Source: Nitrosopumilus sp. (GTDB lineage Archaea; Thermoproteota; Nitrososphaeria; Nitrososphaerales; Nitrosopumilaceae). Taken from it: a stretch of 64,000 nucleotides of DNA. Position 1 is the first letter of the stretch. The number at the start of each line of letters is the position of its first letter. The stretch covers positions 1,312,001 through 1,376,000 of the forward strand of contig OZ250186.1 in NCBI GenBank assembly GCA_965238275.1. The letters run 5' to 3'. Below the pieces are notes generated by a model that saw only the letters and a program-made list of their open reading frames with translations, was not told the origin of the DNA and did no database searches. This document shows, piece after piece, positions 30,764 through 41,365 of this stretch. The translations under genes and the position numbers were made by a program.

Positions 30764-30994
30764 ATGGAAAAGGCATACGTGCTTATCAGCTGTGAGGCAG
30801 GCGAGGAGCATTCCCTGTCATCCCATCTCAGTGAGATTCCGGAGATCCAAAAATGCCTGATAACGTATGGAAGCTACGACCTGGTGGCCGAGATTGTGGC
30901 ACCTGATGCGCTGCAGATGAACTCTGTCATATCCTCGCAGATTCGAATACTCCAGAACATCAAAAGCACCATCACGCTGCGCGTTACAATCTAG
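30764..30994 (+). CDS. Lrp/AsnC ligand-binding domain protein
   Basis: AYVLISCE.G, TYGSYDLVAEI, IKSTITL. Confidence 0.85.
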   Translation: MEKAYVLISCEAGEEHSLSSHLSEIPEIQKCLITYGSYDLVAEIVAPDALQMNSVISSQIRILQNIKSTITLRVTI

Positions 30995-31190
30995 GATCTG
31001 CCCAAAGGTATCCTGCACCTGCCATGACCGCCCCTGCTATCATGATTCCGATCCCATACCCCACCCACTCCGAACTTGCATACATGAACGACGTCTCCGG
31101 GCCTACAACGGCCATGCCCTGAAGGTGAAAGAGCAGTCCGAATACGACTCCTGCGGCACCTGCAGCCATCAGCATACTTTTCGCACGCAT
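30984..31190 (-). CDS. Small two-TM membrane protein
   Basis: Hydrophobic segments flanking QG..VVGPETSFMY..W. Confidence 0.6.
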   Translation of the reverse strand: MRAKSMLMAAGAAGVVFGLLFHLQGMAVVGPETSFMYASSEWVGYGIGIMIAGAVMAGAGYLWADPRL

Positions 31191-31286
31191 AATGCACCGT
31201 TGCACGGCATCCGCTAAAAAGAATTGATAAACTGGGCAAATGATTTTTCGGTTCCCTGTTTAATGACTTTCCTGCAAACATATGAA

Positions 31287-31982
31287 ATGTACAACTGGGA
31301 GAGCCAATCCAGTCACGGCGGCGGCGGCAGTTCTGTGTTTGTGGGACCTGTTCTGTTTGTATCTGCTGCATCCATTGCCATACTGTCGTTTCTGGTATTC
31401 TACCCCCAGATAGAGGCCATCAGCAGGGAGTCCCCGATACTGATCAATCTCATGTTTGTCCCTGCCGTTGCAGTGGGGTTCCTTTACGGGTACAGGATTA
31501 CCGCCCGGGCAGTCAGGCCTTCCGAGTTCCGCAGCCCCCTGAGAAGATCATTTACAAAAATATTCCTGTTCTTTTTTGTAATTGGGGGAATGTTCAGTTC
31601 GGTAAGCTTTGCAATCAACGGGGGCAGCATACTGCCTAACTTTTCAATACTGGAGGAAGGACTCCTGCCGTGGATAAACGAGTTTATCATGGCAAACGGC
31701 GGGGCAACCTTTCTGATTGTCAGCAGCGTTGCCCTGATGGCAGCTGCCAGCAGGCGCATAGTCGGGATGAACCACGGCGTGATGAACAGGTTGGCCACCT
31801 TTGGCGGGACGTTTGTATTCTTTACGATGCTTGCGCTGAGCTTTACAAAGTCTGATCCCACGGCATCTGGCGTATTCCTGTACACGTTTTATCAGGCCGG
31901 AATAGTGGGCGGGGCCCTGTATGAGATGAACAAGCTTACCAAGAACCAGAACATGTTTGAGGACTATTCAAACGGGTTCTGA
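31287..31982 (+). CDS. Multi-pass membrane hypothetical protein
   Basis: About 6 hydrophobic segments; start uncertain. Confidence 0.7.
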   Translation: MYNWESQSSHGGGGSSVFVGPVLFVSAASIAILSFLVFYPQIEAISRESPILINLMFVPAVAVGFLYGYRITARAVRPSEFRSPLRRSFTKIFLFFFVIGGMFSSVSFAINGGSILPNFSILEEGLLPWINEFIMANGGATFLIVSSVALMAAASRRIVGMNHGVMNRLATFGGTFVFFTMLALSFTKSDPTASGVFLYTFYQAGIVGGALYEMNKLTKNQNMFEDYSNGF

Positions 31983-31989
31983 GGCATCA

Positions 31990-32238
31990 TCATCTGTCAA
32001 GATCCACGTAAATTCCGGATATCTTGCTGTTGATCCTGTCCCAGTACTTTTCACAGCCGTCTGTCTGAAAGTCGTTTGCCTTGCACTCCTCAAAGTGTGC
32101 GGTACTGTCCCTTGCGATGTTGTCTGAATAGAGCACGTCTGAGCCGATTGCAAGCGCCAGGATGCCTATTGCCACAAGGCTTACAGACACCACAATCATC
32201 GACTGGCCAACCTTGGCATGATTGTGCGGCTCTTTCAT
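31990..32238 (-). CDS. Small membrane-anchored hypothetical protein
   Basis: TM segment followed by a C-x8-C motif. Confidence 0.6.
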   Translation of the reverse strand: MKEPHNHAKVGQSMIVVSVSLVAIGILALAIGSDVLYSDNIARDSTAHFEECKANDFQTDGCEKYWDRINSKISGIYVDLDR

Positions 32239-32459
32239 TTATGGAAAACCCGTCACGCTTGAATTTAATCCTTTCAGACCGGAATGCCGCAGGTGTCTTC
32301 AGAACCGCATGTCGGATTCGGCATGCTGCTGCCAGAATCGTCTGCGGCATGCCCGCACTCGGGATTGGGCCTGGCCGGCTGCGTTGTACCCGTAGAGGGT
32401 GTGCCTGTTTCATGCAGTCACACCAATGAGAAAGGCTGAAAAGCCAGTATCGCCTTATC

Positions 32460-32954
32460 ATGTTGTTGGGGATACAGATTTTACAGTACGAGTTTCTAGG
32501 ACCGGTCCCGCTGAACCAGTGGGGCCCGCCCATGGAGAAACTGCTGTACCTTGTCATGTCGCGGGACAAGGACCGTTTCAGCATACTGTATGGCGGCAAC
32601 TGTGAAAAGACCGATGAAAAGTCGTTCTTTGTCCAGCATGACCGGTTCAAGTGCTGGATGCAGCATGCAGGATCCGAGGAATCGCTGTACCTGGCAATAC
32701 TGCCGATGTTTGACTCTGATGCCAAACACCGCCGGAGCACCCTGGCAAGGATAACTGCTCACTACAAGCCGCCGTGCAACGCAGGTGACGCGCCTGCCCC
32801 GTCTCCGGAATACGCGGTGCGAAGGGACACGCCCCCGGCAAGCCATTCATGTCCGTGCTGCGGCTCTGCAATGAAGCCTGAAAAGGCCCTCAAGGAATCC
32901 ACCCTGTTCCGGTGCGCCGGCTGTGGAATGAGCGACACCCGGCTTAGCTCCTGA
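32460..32954 (+). CDS. Hypothetical protein with C-terminal zinc ribbon
   Basis: CPCCG...CAGCG. Confidence 0.65.
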   Translation: MLLGIQILQYEFLGPVPLNQWGPPMEKLLYLVMSRDKDRFSILYGGNCEKTDEKSFFVQHDRFKCWMQHAGSEESLYLAILPMFDSDAKHRRSTLARITAHYKPPCNAGDAPAPSPEYAVRRDTPPASHSCPCCGSAMKPEKALKESTLFRCAGCGMSDTRLSS

Positions 32955-33177
32955 CCTTGTTTTGAACCTCAAAGAGCTGCATGGTCAGAAGGTCTATTGC
33001 CTTTTTGAGGTGGTCAAACTCCCTGATCGAGTGCATCTGCCCCTGTACGAGGGCCCTCATAATCTTGACTGCGTTCTTTTCAAATCCCTCCGATGCGACA
33101 ATCTCCATTGCGTTAATCTTTGAGAGTATGTTGTCAAGATCCGCTATCATCTCGTCTGAGGGCTTGTGCTTGTCCAT
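32944..33177 (-). CDS. Conserved helical hypothetical protein
   Basis: 77-aa ORF with coiled-coil character. Confidence 0.6.
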   Translation of the reverse strand: MDKHKPSDEMIADLDNILSKINAMEIVASEGFEKNAVKIMRALVQGQMHSIREFDHLKKAIDLLTMQLFEVQNKVRS

Positions 33178-33295
33178 GCTGGCATGGTGCGCGTCTTGAT
33201 ATATGAATTGATATCATGGACGACCAGACCGACCATCCCGTGGGCAGCTCCCATGCGCAACCGGAAAAAAGCCGGGACTGCAGACTCTTGGAGTC

Positions 33296-33448
33296 TCACA
33301 ACGCGTCCTCGTCTATCTCCCTGATTGGGTCCACATACTGCCTGCACGTGCAGAATGGAATCCTGCACCTTCCCATCCTGATGATTGATCTGCTGTTGTC
33401 ATCCCTTGCGTGCACCTCGTCTGTGTGGTGGCATCTCTTGCAGTTCAT
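33296..33448 (-). CDS. 50-aa zinc-binding microprotein (not in the ORF track)
   Basis: Own translation MNCKRCHHTDEVHARDDNSRSIIRMGRCRIPFCTCRQYVDPIREIDEDAL; starts 10 bp after the ADH stop. Confidence 0.65.
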   Translation of the reverse strand: MNCKRCHHTDEVHARDDNSRSIIRMGRCRIPFCTCRQYVDPIREIDEDAL

Positions 33449-33457
33449 GCCCCGATG

Positions 33458-34492
33458 TCAGGGAATCAGGACTGCCCTTGCGTCAATCTCGGAGTCCTTG
33501 AGCCTCTTGAGCACCTTGTTTGCGTCCCTGAGCGGGAACTTTTCTGATACCACCTCGATGTTCTCCTCGCTGCATACCCTGATGACGTCCTCCATGTCCT
33601 TTGTGGACCCGATCAGGGTTCCCCTTATCGTCTTCTCCTCAAATGCCATGAATGGCGGGTTCTCTCCTACGGTTGCAATGACTACCATCCCGCCCTTCTT
33701 GATTGATTTTACAGCCGTGTCAGTTACAATGTCTGCAGGGGCAAAGACGATGGCCGCATCAAGCAGCCCGTGCCTCTCCTGCAGCCTCCTGAGAAATTCC
33801 GGCTGGTCATCCGAAAACGCCATGGCATCTGCAGCACCTAGCCTCCTTGCCACATCCAGATGCCTCTGTGCTCTGGAGAATGCAATCACCTCGCAGCCTT
33901 CCACCCTGGCAAACTGGACTGCCATGTGGCCGACCCCGCCTATCCCGAATATTCCAATCTTTTTGTGGGATCCAGGCTCTGCTGCCTTGACTGCCTTGTA
34001 TGCCGTGATTCCGGCACAGAACAGCGGCGCTGCATACTCTGGGCTCATATCTGCCGGAATCTTCGTTGCAAAGTCTTCTGCAACCGTAATGTACTGGGTG
34101 TATCCTCCCTTGAAGGACTCGCCTGTTATCTCCGATGACTCGCAAAGGTACTCCTTGCCCTCCTTGCAGTATGCGCAGCTTCTGCATGCCTCAAGAAGCG
34201 GGGTGATCCCTGCCCTGTCGCCCACCTTGAACTTTGTCACGCCCGTGCCTGTCTGGACCACCGTTCCGACGACCTCGTGGCCTGGAACCGTGGGAAGGAC
34301 GGGCGGAATTCCGATGTCCTTCCAGTCCCCCTCTATCCCGTGCAGCTGGGAGTGGCAGACGCCGCAGGCCTCGATCCTTATCAGTACCTCCTCTGGCCTC
34401 TGGATCTCATGCCTGTCAATCTCCACAAGCTTTAGCGGCTCTGTCTCGACGGGGGCGCACTCGTAGAGCACCATTGCCTGCATCTTTTCCAT
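33458..34492 (-). CDS. Zinc-dependent alcohol dehydrogenase
   Basis: CGVCHS, PGHEVVG, CxxCxxC, GIGGVG. Confidence 0.92.
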   Translation of the reverse strand: MEKMQAMVLYECAPVETEPLKLVEIDRHEIQRPEEVLIRIEACGVCHSQLHGIEGDWKDIGIPPVLPTVPGHEVVGTVVQTGTGVTKFKVGDRAGITPLLEACRSCAYCKEGKEYLCESSEITGESFKGGYTQYITVAEDFATKIPADMSPEYAAPLFCAGITAYKAVKAAEPGSHKKIGIFGIGGVGHMAVQFARVEGCEVIAFSRAQRHLDVARRLGAADAMAFSDDQPEFLRRLQERHGLLDAAIVFAPADIVTDTAVKSIKKGGMVVIATVGENPPFMAFEEKTIRGTLIGSTKDMEDVIRVCSEENIEVVSEKFPLRDANKVLKRLKDSEIDARAVLIP

Positions 34493-34570
34493 GGCAAATT
34501 TTGTACGGCGCGGGATTTTAAGATTCGTATGTGCCGTGGCCTGGACAGAACTCCGGGATCCCCCCCCGCT

Positions 34571-34837
34571 ATGAAGATAAAGGACAGGATGCCAACTGCA
34601 CTCATGCCCGAGATTACCGACGCGGATCGCGAGAGGGTCAGGCTGCTGCGCCTCATCTCAAGCTCCAAGGGCGGCTTTAACAGGCTGTCCGTAGAACAGC
34701 TCAAGCGGCTGCAGGCAATCCTTGAAAAGAAGGATTACAGCCACGACAAAAAGGCGAACAAATCCAAAAAGAAGCTGCTCAAGAGGATCAACGTCAGAAT
34801 CTACGAGCTTGAAGAGGGAAGGGGAATCTGGGGATGA
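34571..34837 (+). CDS. Basic hypothetical protein
   Basis: Lys/Arg-rich ORF; start uncertain. Confidence 0.55.
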   Translation: MKIKDRMPTALMPEITDADRERVRLLRLISSSKGGFNRLSVEQLKRLQAILEKKDYSHDKKANKSKKKLLKRINVRIYELEEGRGIWG

Positions 34838-34915
34838 ACTGTGTCTGCAGGGTGCTGCTGCTGCATTGCAGCCGGCTCAATTAGGTACAAATATCATGGA
34901 GCATCCGAGTTAGTT

Positions 34916-36949
34916 GTGACGCAAAACAGCCTCATCAACGAGACCAGCCCCTACCTGCTCCAGCATGCCCACAATCCCGTGGACTGGTATGCATGGAATG
35001 ACGAGGCGCTCCGGAAGGCAAGAGAAGAGAACAAGCCGATCTTTTTGAGCATAGGGTACAGCTCGTGCCACTGGTGCCACGTGATGGCCCACGAGTCCTT
35101 TGAAAACGACGATGTCGCAGGATACATGAATGAGAATTTCGTAAACATCAAAGTCGACAGGGAGGAGAGGCCAGACATCGATGACATATACCAGAAGGCA
35201 TGCCAGATGGCAACAGGCCAGGGCGGATGGCCCCTGAGCGTCTTTCTTACCCCCGATCAAAAGCCCTTCTACGTCGGAACATACTTTCCGGTACTGGACT
35301 CCTACGGCCGCCCGGGCTTTGGAAGCATCTGCAGGCAGCTCTCGCAGGCATGGAAGGAGAAACCTGCCGACATCAAAAAGAGGGCCGATGAGTTTGTCGG
35401 CGCAATGCAGGGGAAGGAGGATACGGCAGGCCCCGGGCCCGACGACCTGGACAGGATAATACTTGACGAGGCTGCAATGAACCTGCTTGGAATGGGCGAT
35501 ACAATTTATGGGGGCTTTGGCTCTGCCCCCAAGTTTCCAAACGCCGCCTGCGTCTCGTTCCTGTTTGCCTACTCTGAATTCTCAAAACTGCCCAGATTCC
35601 GGGAGTTTGCACTCAAGACCCTCACCAAGATGGCAAAGGGCGGGATATTTGATCAGATAGGGGGCGGCTTTCACCGCTACTCTACTGACGCGCGGTGGTT
35701 TGCGCCGCATTTTGAAAAGATGCTCTATGACAACGCCCTGATTCCGGTAAACTATGCAGAGGCATACCAGATAACCGGGGACCGGTTCTACCTTGATGTC
35801 ATGCAAAAGACGCTGGACTTTGTACTGCGCGAGATGACTGCGCCTGAGGGTGGATTCTACTCTGCGTATGACGCAGACTCTGAAGGGACGGAGGGAAGGT
35901 TCTACGTCTGGTCAAAGAGCGAGATACGACAGATTCTTGGGGACGATGCGGATCTCTTCTGCCTGTTCTATGACGTGACTGACGGGGGCACCTGGGAGGG
36001 AAACAGCATCCTGTGCAACAACATCAACATCTCTGCTGTCGCATTCAAGTTTGGAGTCACCGAGCAGAGAGTTGGCCAGATACTGGCAGGGTGCTCCAAA
36101 AAACTGCTGGATGTCCGCTCCAGACGGACGCCTCCCGGGCTTGATGGCAAGGTGCTGGTCTCGTGGAACGCACTGATGGTCACCGCGCTTGCCCGAGGGT
36201 ACAGGGTCACAGGCAACGCAAGATACCTTGACGCTGCCAAGGCGTGCCTCTCGTTTATCGAAGAGAATCTCATTAATGGCGATGCGCTTTTGCACACCTA
36301 CAAGGACCGCACGGCAAAGATTGACGGATACCTTGAGGATTATGCGTGCCTGATAAACGCGCTATTGGACGTCTTTGAGATCGAGCCTGATGCCCGGTAC
36401 CTGAAACTCTCCGTAAGGCTTGGCCGCCGCTTGGCAGGACACTTTTGGGATCCTGACAGTAACAGCTTTCTGATGACTTCTGACACCCACGAGGCCCTGA
36501 TAGTCCGGCCAAAGAACAGGTACGATCTCTCGCTGCCGTCAGGAAACTCCGTCGCCGCGCGAGTCATGCTCAGGCTGTACCACCTGTCCCAGGAGACAGA
36601 GTTCCTTGAGATCTGCACCAGGGTGATAAAATCCAACGCAGAGGAGGCTGCGCGGAACCCGTTCGCGTTCGGCTACCTGCTCAACGTCATATCGACATAC
36701 CTGCAAAAACCAGTCGAGATAACCCTCATCAACCCCGAGAACCAGGAACTGTGCAGGTCCCTTCTTTCACGCTACATGCCAAACGCGTTTCTAGTCACCG
36801 TCCAGAATCCCGGCCAGCTGGCAGGGCTGTCCGAATATCCGTTCTTTGCAGGAAAGGAGTTTGAATCCCGAACGTCAGTATTTGTCTGCAGGGACCTTTC
36901 ATGCATGCCGCCGATGTACACCATTGACGACATAGAAAAGCACCTGTGA
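34916..36949 (+). CDS. YyaL/SSP411-family thioredoxin + alpha/alpha-barrel protein
   Basis: [40 protein letters not shown]. Confidence 0.92.
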   Translation: MTQNSLINETSPYLLQHAHNPVDWYAWNDEALRKAREENKPIFLSIGYSSCHWCHVMAHESFENDDVAGYMNENFVNIKVDREERPDIDDIYQKACQMATGQGGWPLSVFLTPDQKPFYVGTYFPVLDSYGRPGFGSICRQLSQAWKEKPADIKKRADEFVGAMQGKEDTAGPGPDDLDRIILDEAAMNLLGMGDTIYGGFGSAPKFPNAACVSFLFAYSEFSKLPRFREFALKTLTKMAKGGIFDQIGGGFHRYSTDARWFAPHFEKMLYDNALIPVNYAEAYQITGDRFYLDVMQKTLDFVLREMTAPEGGFYSAYDADSEGTEGRFYVWSKSEIRQILGDDADLFCLFYDVTDGGTWEGNSILCNNINISAVAFKFGVTEQRVGQILAGCSKKLLDVRSRRTPPGLDGKVLVSWNALMVTALARGYRVTGNARYLDAAKACLSFIEENLINGDALLHTYKDRTAKIDGYLEDYACLINALLDVFEIEPDARYLKLSVRLGRRLAGHFWDPDSNSFLMTSDTHEALIVRPKNRYDLSLPSGNSVAARVMLRLYHLSQETEFLEICTRVIKSNAEEAARNPFAFGYLLNVISTYLQKPVEITLINPENQELCRSLLSRYMPNAFLVTVQNPGQLAGLSEYPFFAGKEFESRTSVFVCRDLSCMPPMYTIDDIEKHL

Positions 36950-37064
36950 AACCTCACGCCGGCCAGGCACTGTTGGTTTTTTGCAGGCATGCTGCGGTTC
37001 CCTTTGATTTGTGCGCATCCGGGATATGCATGAGTCATGTAAATAATGCCTGATTTTGCAGACG

Positions 37065-38080
37065 TGTATTGTAACGAAATTATGTCCACCTATTCTTCGA
37101 CGCACCCTGCGACTTCATTAACCGATAATGCCGACCAAACTTGATGATGCCAAAATCAAGTACGTCATCCGCGAGAAGAAGAAAGGGACATCCAACACAA
37201 AGATACGGTGTGGGGATAAGCACCCGTCATGTGCGCCGCCTCTGGTCCCTGTACGAGGCGACAGGATCATTACCTGTCATCAAGAGCGCAGGCAGACCAG
37301 CTGCCAAGATATCCGATGAGGATGTCAGGCGGGTGCTGGATGCGTATGGGACGAGGGTGCTGATGTGGGACGTGTTGCCAAGGCACTGAGGCATCAAAAC
37401 ATAAGCGGGCGGACCGTATACAAGGTGATGAAGGAACACGGGTTGGTGGAACCGTGCCCCACCAAATCAAAGAAACGCAAGTGGGTAAGGTACGAACGCC
37501 TTCACTCAAACTCCATGTGGCACACGGACTGGCACGTGATGAAAGACTACCGCATGAAGGATCTCTGATCACGTACTTGGACGACGCCTCAAGATGCGTT
37601 TTGGCCTGTTTGATGAGGCTACCGGCCAGAACGCCGTGCAGGTGCTCAGGCAGGCCGTCCAAGCATTTGGCGTCCCGTCATCCATCCTGTCCGATAACGG
37701 TTCGTGTTTTGTGGGAGTTCGAAGGGGCACGCCAAAGGGATCCTGGAGACCCACCATCTTTGAAAACGAGCTGTTGGATCTTGACATACACCTAATCAAC
37801 TCCAGGCCATACCACCCCCAGACCAACGGCAAGCTAGAGCGGTTCCACCGAACCATTGAGGACGAGGTAGGACGGCACGACAGCTTGGAAGATTTCATCA
37901 CATTCTACAACGAGAGACGATTGCACTGGTCACTTGACATAGATAATTGCCAGACGCCTCTCAAGGCGTTCCATGACAAGGCAGCAGACGAATCCACAAG
38001 AGCTACCAACCCAAACTGGATGGAATGTCCATGGATAAACAGCCACCAAAGGGGGGCGGACATAATTTCGTTACAATACA
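37065..38080 (+). mobile_element. IS481-family element, 15-bp target duplication
   Basis: Perfect 23-bp TIR TGTATTGTAACGAAATTATGTCC; direct repeat CTGATTTTGCAGACG at 37050-64 and 38081-95. Confidence 0.92.
37128..38080 (+). pseudogene. IS481 transposase, multiply frameshifted
   Basis: Fragments in several frames (WHTDWH, LDDASR, SDNGS, HPQTNGKLERF), paralogous to 58744-59703. Confidence 0.88.
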
Positions 38081-38112
38081 CTGATTTTGCAGACGCTAAG
38101 TAATGCCTATTA

Positions 38113-41100
38113 ATGGTATTTGCAGTAATATCTGTCGTGACAAGGATATCTTTTAGAATTAATCCCAAAATTATTGCCCTGTTTGCAGCCGCCGCCCTTC
38201 TGGCAGGCCTCTACCCTGCAAGTTTTGCATATGCCGGCGATTCCTCCGGCATTGATGGGAAATACCCGTCCCCGTTACAGCAGCAACGCGACGGCGTCCC
38301 GATTGATGCCATCATGTGCAACATGCCAAACGAGCTGTACATAAAAAACACCGATACCCCTGTGTGCCTTACCCCGTCCACATATGAGCGCCTGCTGGAG
38401 TACGGCCTGGATCTGGCCCCACACGATGAACACTCTGCAGACTCTGTCCTTGACACCATTACCATAGGGGCAATCACACCCCTGACCGGCGGCGCTGCCG
38501 GATACGGGCAAACCATCCTGGCAGGCTCGGAGCTGGCAGTGTCTGACTTTAACGAACTTCTTGAGGAGATGGGGGAGACGTGGCGCCTTGAGATGGATTC
38601 CCATGACAGCATGACTAGCGGCGATGAGCAGATGAACAGCCTGATGCTGCTCAACGAGAAGGGAATAAAGATTGTCAACGGCCCGTCAATTGACATATTC
38701 AACCAGGAGGCGCTGGACTATGCCAACGACAACGGCATGCTGCTCTTTAGCTGCTGTTCTGTCGTCCTCGCCCACAGCATAGCAGATGATGCGCTGCTTC
38801 GCATAGGCGCGGATCAGGCAAACCACGGGCGTGCGCTTGCAGGGGTGATGCACGACGAGGGAGTCGCGGCCATGGTGACTGTCGGCAGGGATGCCCCGTG
38901 GATTACCGACATACTTGATTCTGCAGATGCAAGATTTCTTGAGCTGGGAGGACAGGCTGCAGGCTCACACGTGCTGTATGACGTGTCCGGAGAGTTTGAT
39001 GATGCCACCGTACAGATGCTGGCAGACAGCGTAGCAGAACATCTTGAATCCTATGACCCTTCCGAAGTTGGGGTTTTGTTTGTCGGGTTTGAGGAGAGTT
39101 ATGACTTTTTGGAACGGGCATCCTTACATGATGTTCTTGGGGATGTGCAATGGTTCGGGGCTGACATAAACACAATCATTCATGACAACCAGGACGGCCT
39201 GGACTTTGCAGAGGATGTGGAGTTTATGTCGGTTCAGCCCACGGTGCCTGAAAGCGAGATCGGTACCACGGTGTCAGGACATGTCGCCGCTGCCATCGGC
39301 AGGACTCCCAGCGTATATGCCCTGCTGGCATACGATGTCGTACAGCTAATCGGGCATGCAATCCTTGAGGTGCAGGGGGACTCTGCAGCTGACGTGGCAG
39401 GGGCCATCCCGCGCGTGGCGCAGGGTTACACGGGAGCAAGCGGCCCCATATCGTTTAATGAGGCAGGAGACCGGGACAACATGACATATGCCGTATGGGC
39501 AGTTGAAGACGGCGTCTGGATGGTCGAAGGCATCCTGACACCCGGTGCCGCAATGCCCGAATCAGCAGAGCCCGGACCTGACACCTGGATCGACCAGGAC
39601 TCTGGACCGGTGAATGACTCAGCTCCGTCAGCCCCATCCCCCGGCCATGGAACGCCCTATCTCGGCCAATCCCCCAGTGCACCTTTGGATAGCCTGAGTG
39701 AGAGCGTGGGGGCAAGTTCCGCGCCGTCCTTGGGATTTGCAGTCGGGGGCGCCAAGGACATAGACAACTTTAGGGCAAACATAGACGCCGGCTTCCTTCC
39801 CCTCCACACCGACGTCACCCACGAGGGACTGTTCTACGACTACTACTTTGACACCGGAGCCGCGCAGGAATGCCAGGACCTGTTCTGCCCGTCCTACCTG
39901 ACTGCCGTGTCTGCGGACCCGTTCTCGGGTCAGAACCAGTACTATCTGTCCGTGGGGCTCAACTCCGGCCTGAAGGAGGCCGACTTTGAGCGCAAGAACC
40001 TCAACCTGGTCATCGTCATGGACGTCTCCGGTTCCATGAGCTCCCCGTTTAACCAGTACCACTACGACTCGCAGGGAAACCCGACACTCCGGGGCAATGC
40101 CGGGGATGATTTTAGCAGATCAAAGATGGATGTCGCAAACGAGTCAGTGGCGGGGCTGTTGGACCACCTGACCGACGATGACCGGCTGGGAGTGGTGCTC
40201 TTTGATAGTACCGCCCATGTGGCAAAGCCCCTTGAAAGCATGGGCGACACAGACCGGGAGAGGCTGGCAAGGAACATCCTTGACATCTATGCCGACGGGG
40301 GGACGAACATGGAATCCGGAATCACGTTGGGCACATCCCTGTTTGACGACGTGCTGGAGTCGGACCAGACCGGGTATGAAAACAGGATCATCTTTCTGAC
40401 CGACGCCATGCCCAACACGGGCAGCACCGGGCGGGACCAGCTGTTCAACCTGATAGAGTGGAACGCAGAAAAGAAGATCTACACCACCGTAATCGGCATC
40501 GGAGTCGACTTTAACACCGAGCTCATAGAGTACGTCACAGACGTCCGGGGGGCAAACTACTACTCGGTGCACTCCCCGTCAGAGTTTCTCGAGCGCATGA
40601 GCGACGAGTTTGAATTCATGGTCACGCCGCTGGTCTTTGACTTGTCGCTGCGCCTCGATGCAGACGGGTACGAGGTGCTTGACGTGTACGGCGTGCCAGA
40701 GTCTGACTCCTTTACCGGCGACTTGATACACGTCAACACGCTGTTTCCATCCCGCGTCCAAGACGGCGAGACCCGGGGAGGGATCATCCTGGTAAAGCTG
40801 GCCAAGGAGTCTGACGCGGGACGGCTTGAGCTGCGCGCAAGCTATCTTGACCGCGACGGCCAGGCAGACAGCAGCACGGCAGTCGTGAGCGTCAACGACG
40901 AGGCCCACTACCAGAACTCGGGGATACAAAAAGGCATACTGCTTTCTAGGTACGCTGACCTGATGAAGACCTGGGCGTACGACGAGCGCAGCCGCCATGC
41001 AGGCACCGTATACGACTCTGACTATCTGTACTCTGACGGACTTTACGTGCCCGGACGCGTGAGTGTCTCGCTAGGCCAGTGGGAGAGGCAGTCCATACCG

Positions 41101-41274
41101 CTGACAGTATCGTCTGACTATGCTGCAGCGATTGCAGAGTTCTCTGCGTACTTTTCCCAAGAGGCCGACCTGATTGGGGATGTGACCCTGCTTCAGGAGG
41201 CCGACGTGATGTCTGCCCTCCTTTCAGAATACGGGCATGGGACTACTGGCGATACGTGGAACCCACAACCCTGA
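38113..41274 (+). CDS. Secreted fusion: LivJ/K-type substrate-binding domain + YfbK-like vWA domain
   Basis: Signal peptide, IGAITPLTG, GASGPISFNEAGDR, Pro/Ser linker, MIDAS DVSGSM, GGTN, LTD. Confidence 0.8.
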   Translation: MVFAVISVVTRISFRINPKIIALFAAAALLAGLYPASFAYAGDSSGIDGKYPSPLQQQRDGVPIDAIMCNMPNELYIKNTDTPVCLTPSTYERLLEYGLDLAPHDEHSADSVLDTITIGAITPLTGGAAGYGQTILAGSELAVSDFNELLEEMGETWRLEMDSHDSMTSGDEQMNSLMLLNEKGIKIVNGPSIDIFNQEALDYANDNGMLLFSCCSVVLAHSIADDALLRIGADQANHGRALAGVMHDEGVAAMVTVGRDAPWITDILDSADARFLELGGQAAGSHVLYDVSGEFDDATVQMLADSVAEHLESYDPSEVGVLFVGFEESYDFLERASLHDVLGDVQWFGADINTIIHDNQDGLDFAEDVEFMSVQPTVPESEIGTTVSGHVAAAIGRTPSVYALLAYDVVQLIGHAILEVQGDSAADVAGAIPRVAQGYTGASGPISFNEAGDRDNMTYAVWAVEDGVWMVEGILTPGAAMPESAEPGPDTWIDQDSGPVNDSAPSAPSPGHGTPYLGQSPSAPLDSLSESVGASSAPSLGFAVGGAKDIDNFRANIDAGFLPLHTDVTHEGLFYDYYFDTGAAQECQDLFCPSYLTAVSADPFSGQNQYYLSVGLNSGLKEADFERKNLNLVIVMDVSGSMSSPFNQYHYDSQGNPTLRGNAGDDFSRSKMDVANESVAGLLDHLTDDDRLGVVLFDSTAHVAKPLESMGDTDRERLARNILDIYADGGTNMESGITLGTSLFDDVLESDQTGYENRIIFLTDAMPNTGSTGRDQLFNLIEWNAEKKIYTTVIGIGVDFNTELIEYVTDVRGANYYSVHSPSEFLERMSDEFEFMVTPLVFDLSLRLDADGYEVLDVYGVPESDSFTGDLIHVNTLFPSRVQDGETRGGIILVKLAKESDAGRLELRASYLDRDGQADSSTAVVSVNDEAHYQNSGIQKGILLSRYADLMKTWAYDERSRHAGTVYDSDYLYSDGLYVPGRVSVSLGQWERQSIPLTVSSDYAAAIAEFSAYFSQEADLIGDVTLLQEADVMSALLSEYGHGTTGDTWNPQP

Positions 41275-41365
41275 TCTCTGCCCGAATCCATGGAATGTAC
41301 GGGATTCATCTGCAAGTCACATCCCTGGGCAATGTGGCCTGACAAAACCCATAAAGCCTACACCG

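Noticed and set aside
33216-34466. 416-aa plus-strand ORF and similar long ORFs (5524-6381, 2896-3750, 27148-27909)
   Set aside because: Antisense shadows of well-supported genes, with no motifs.
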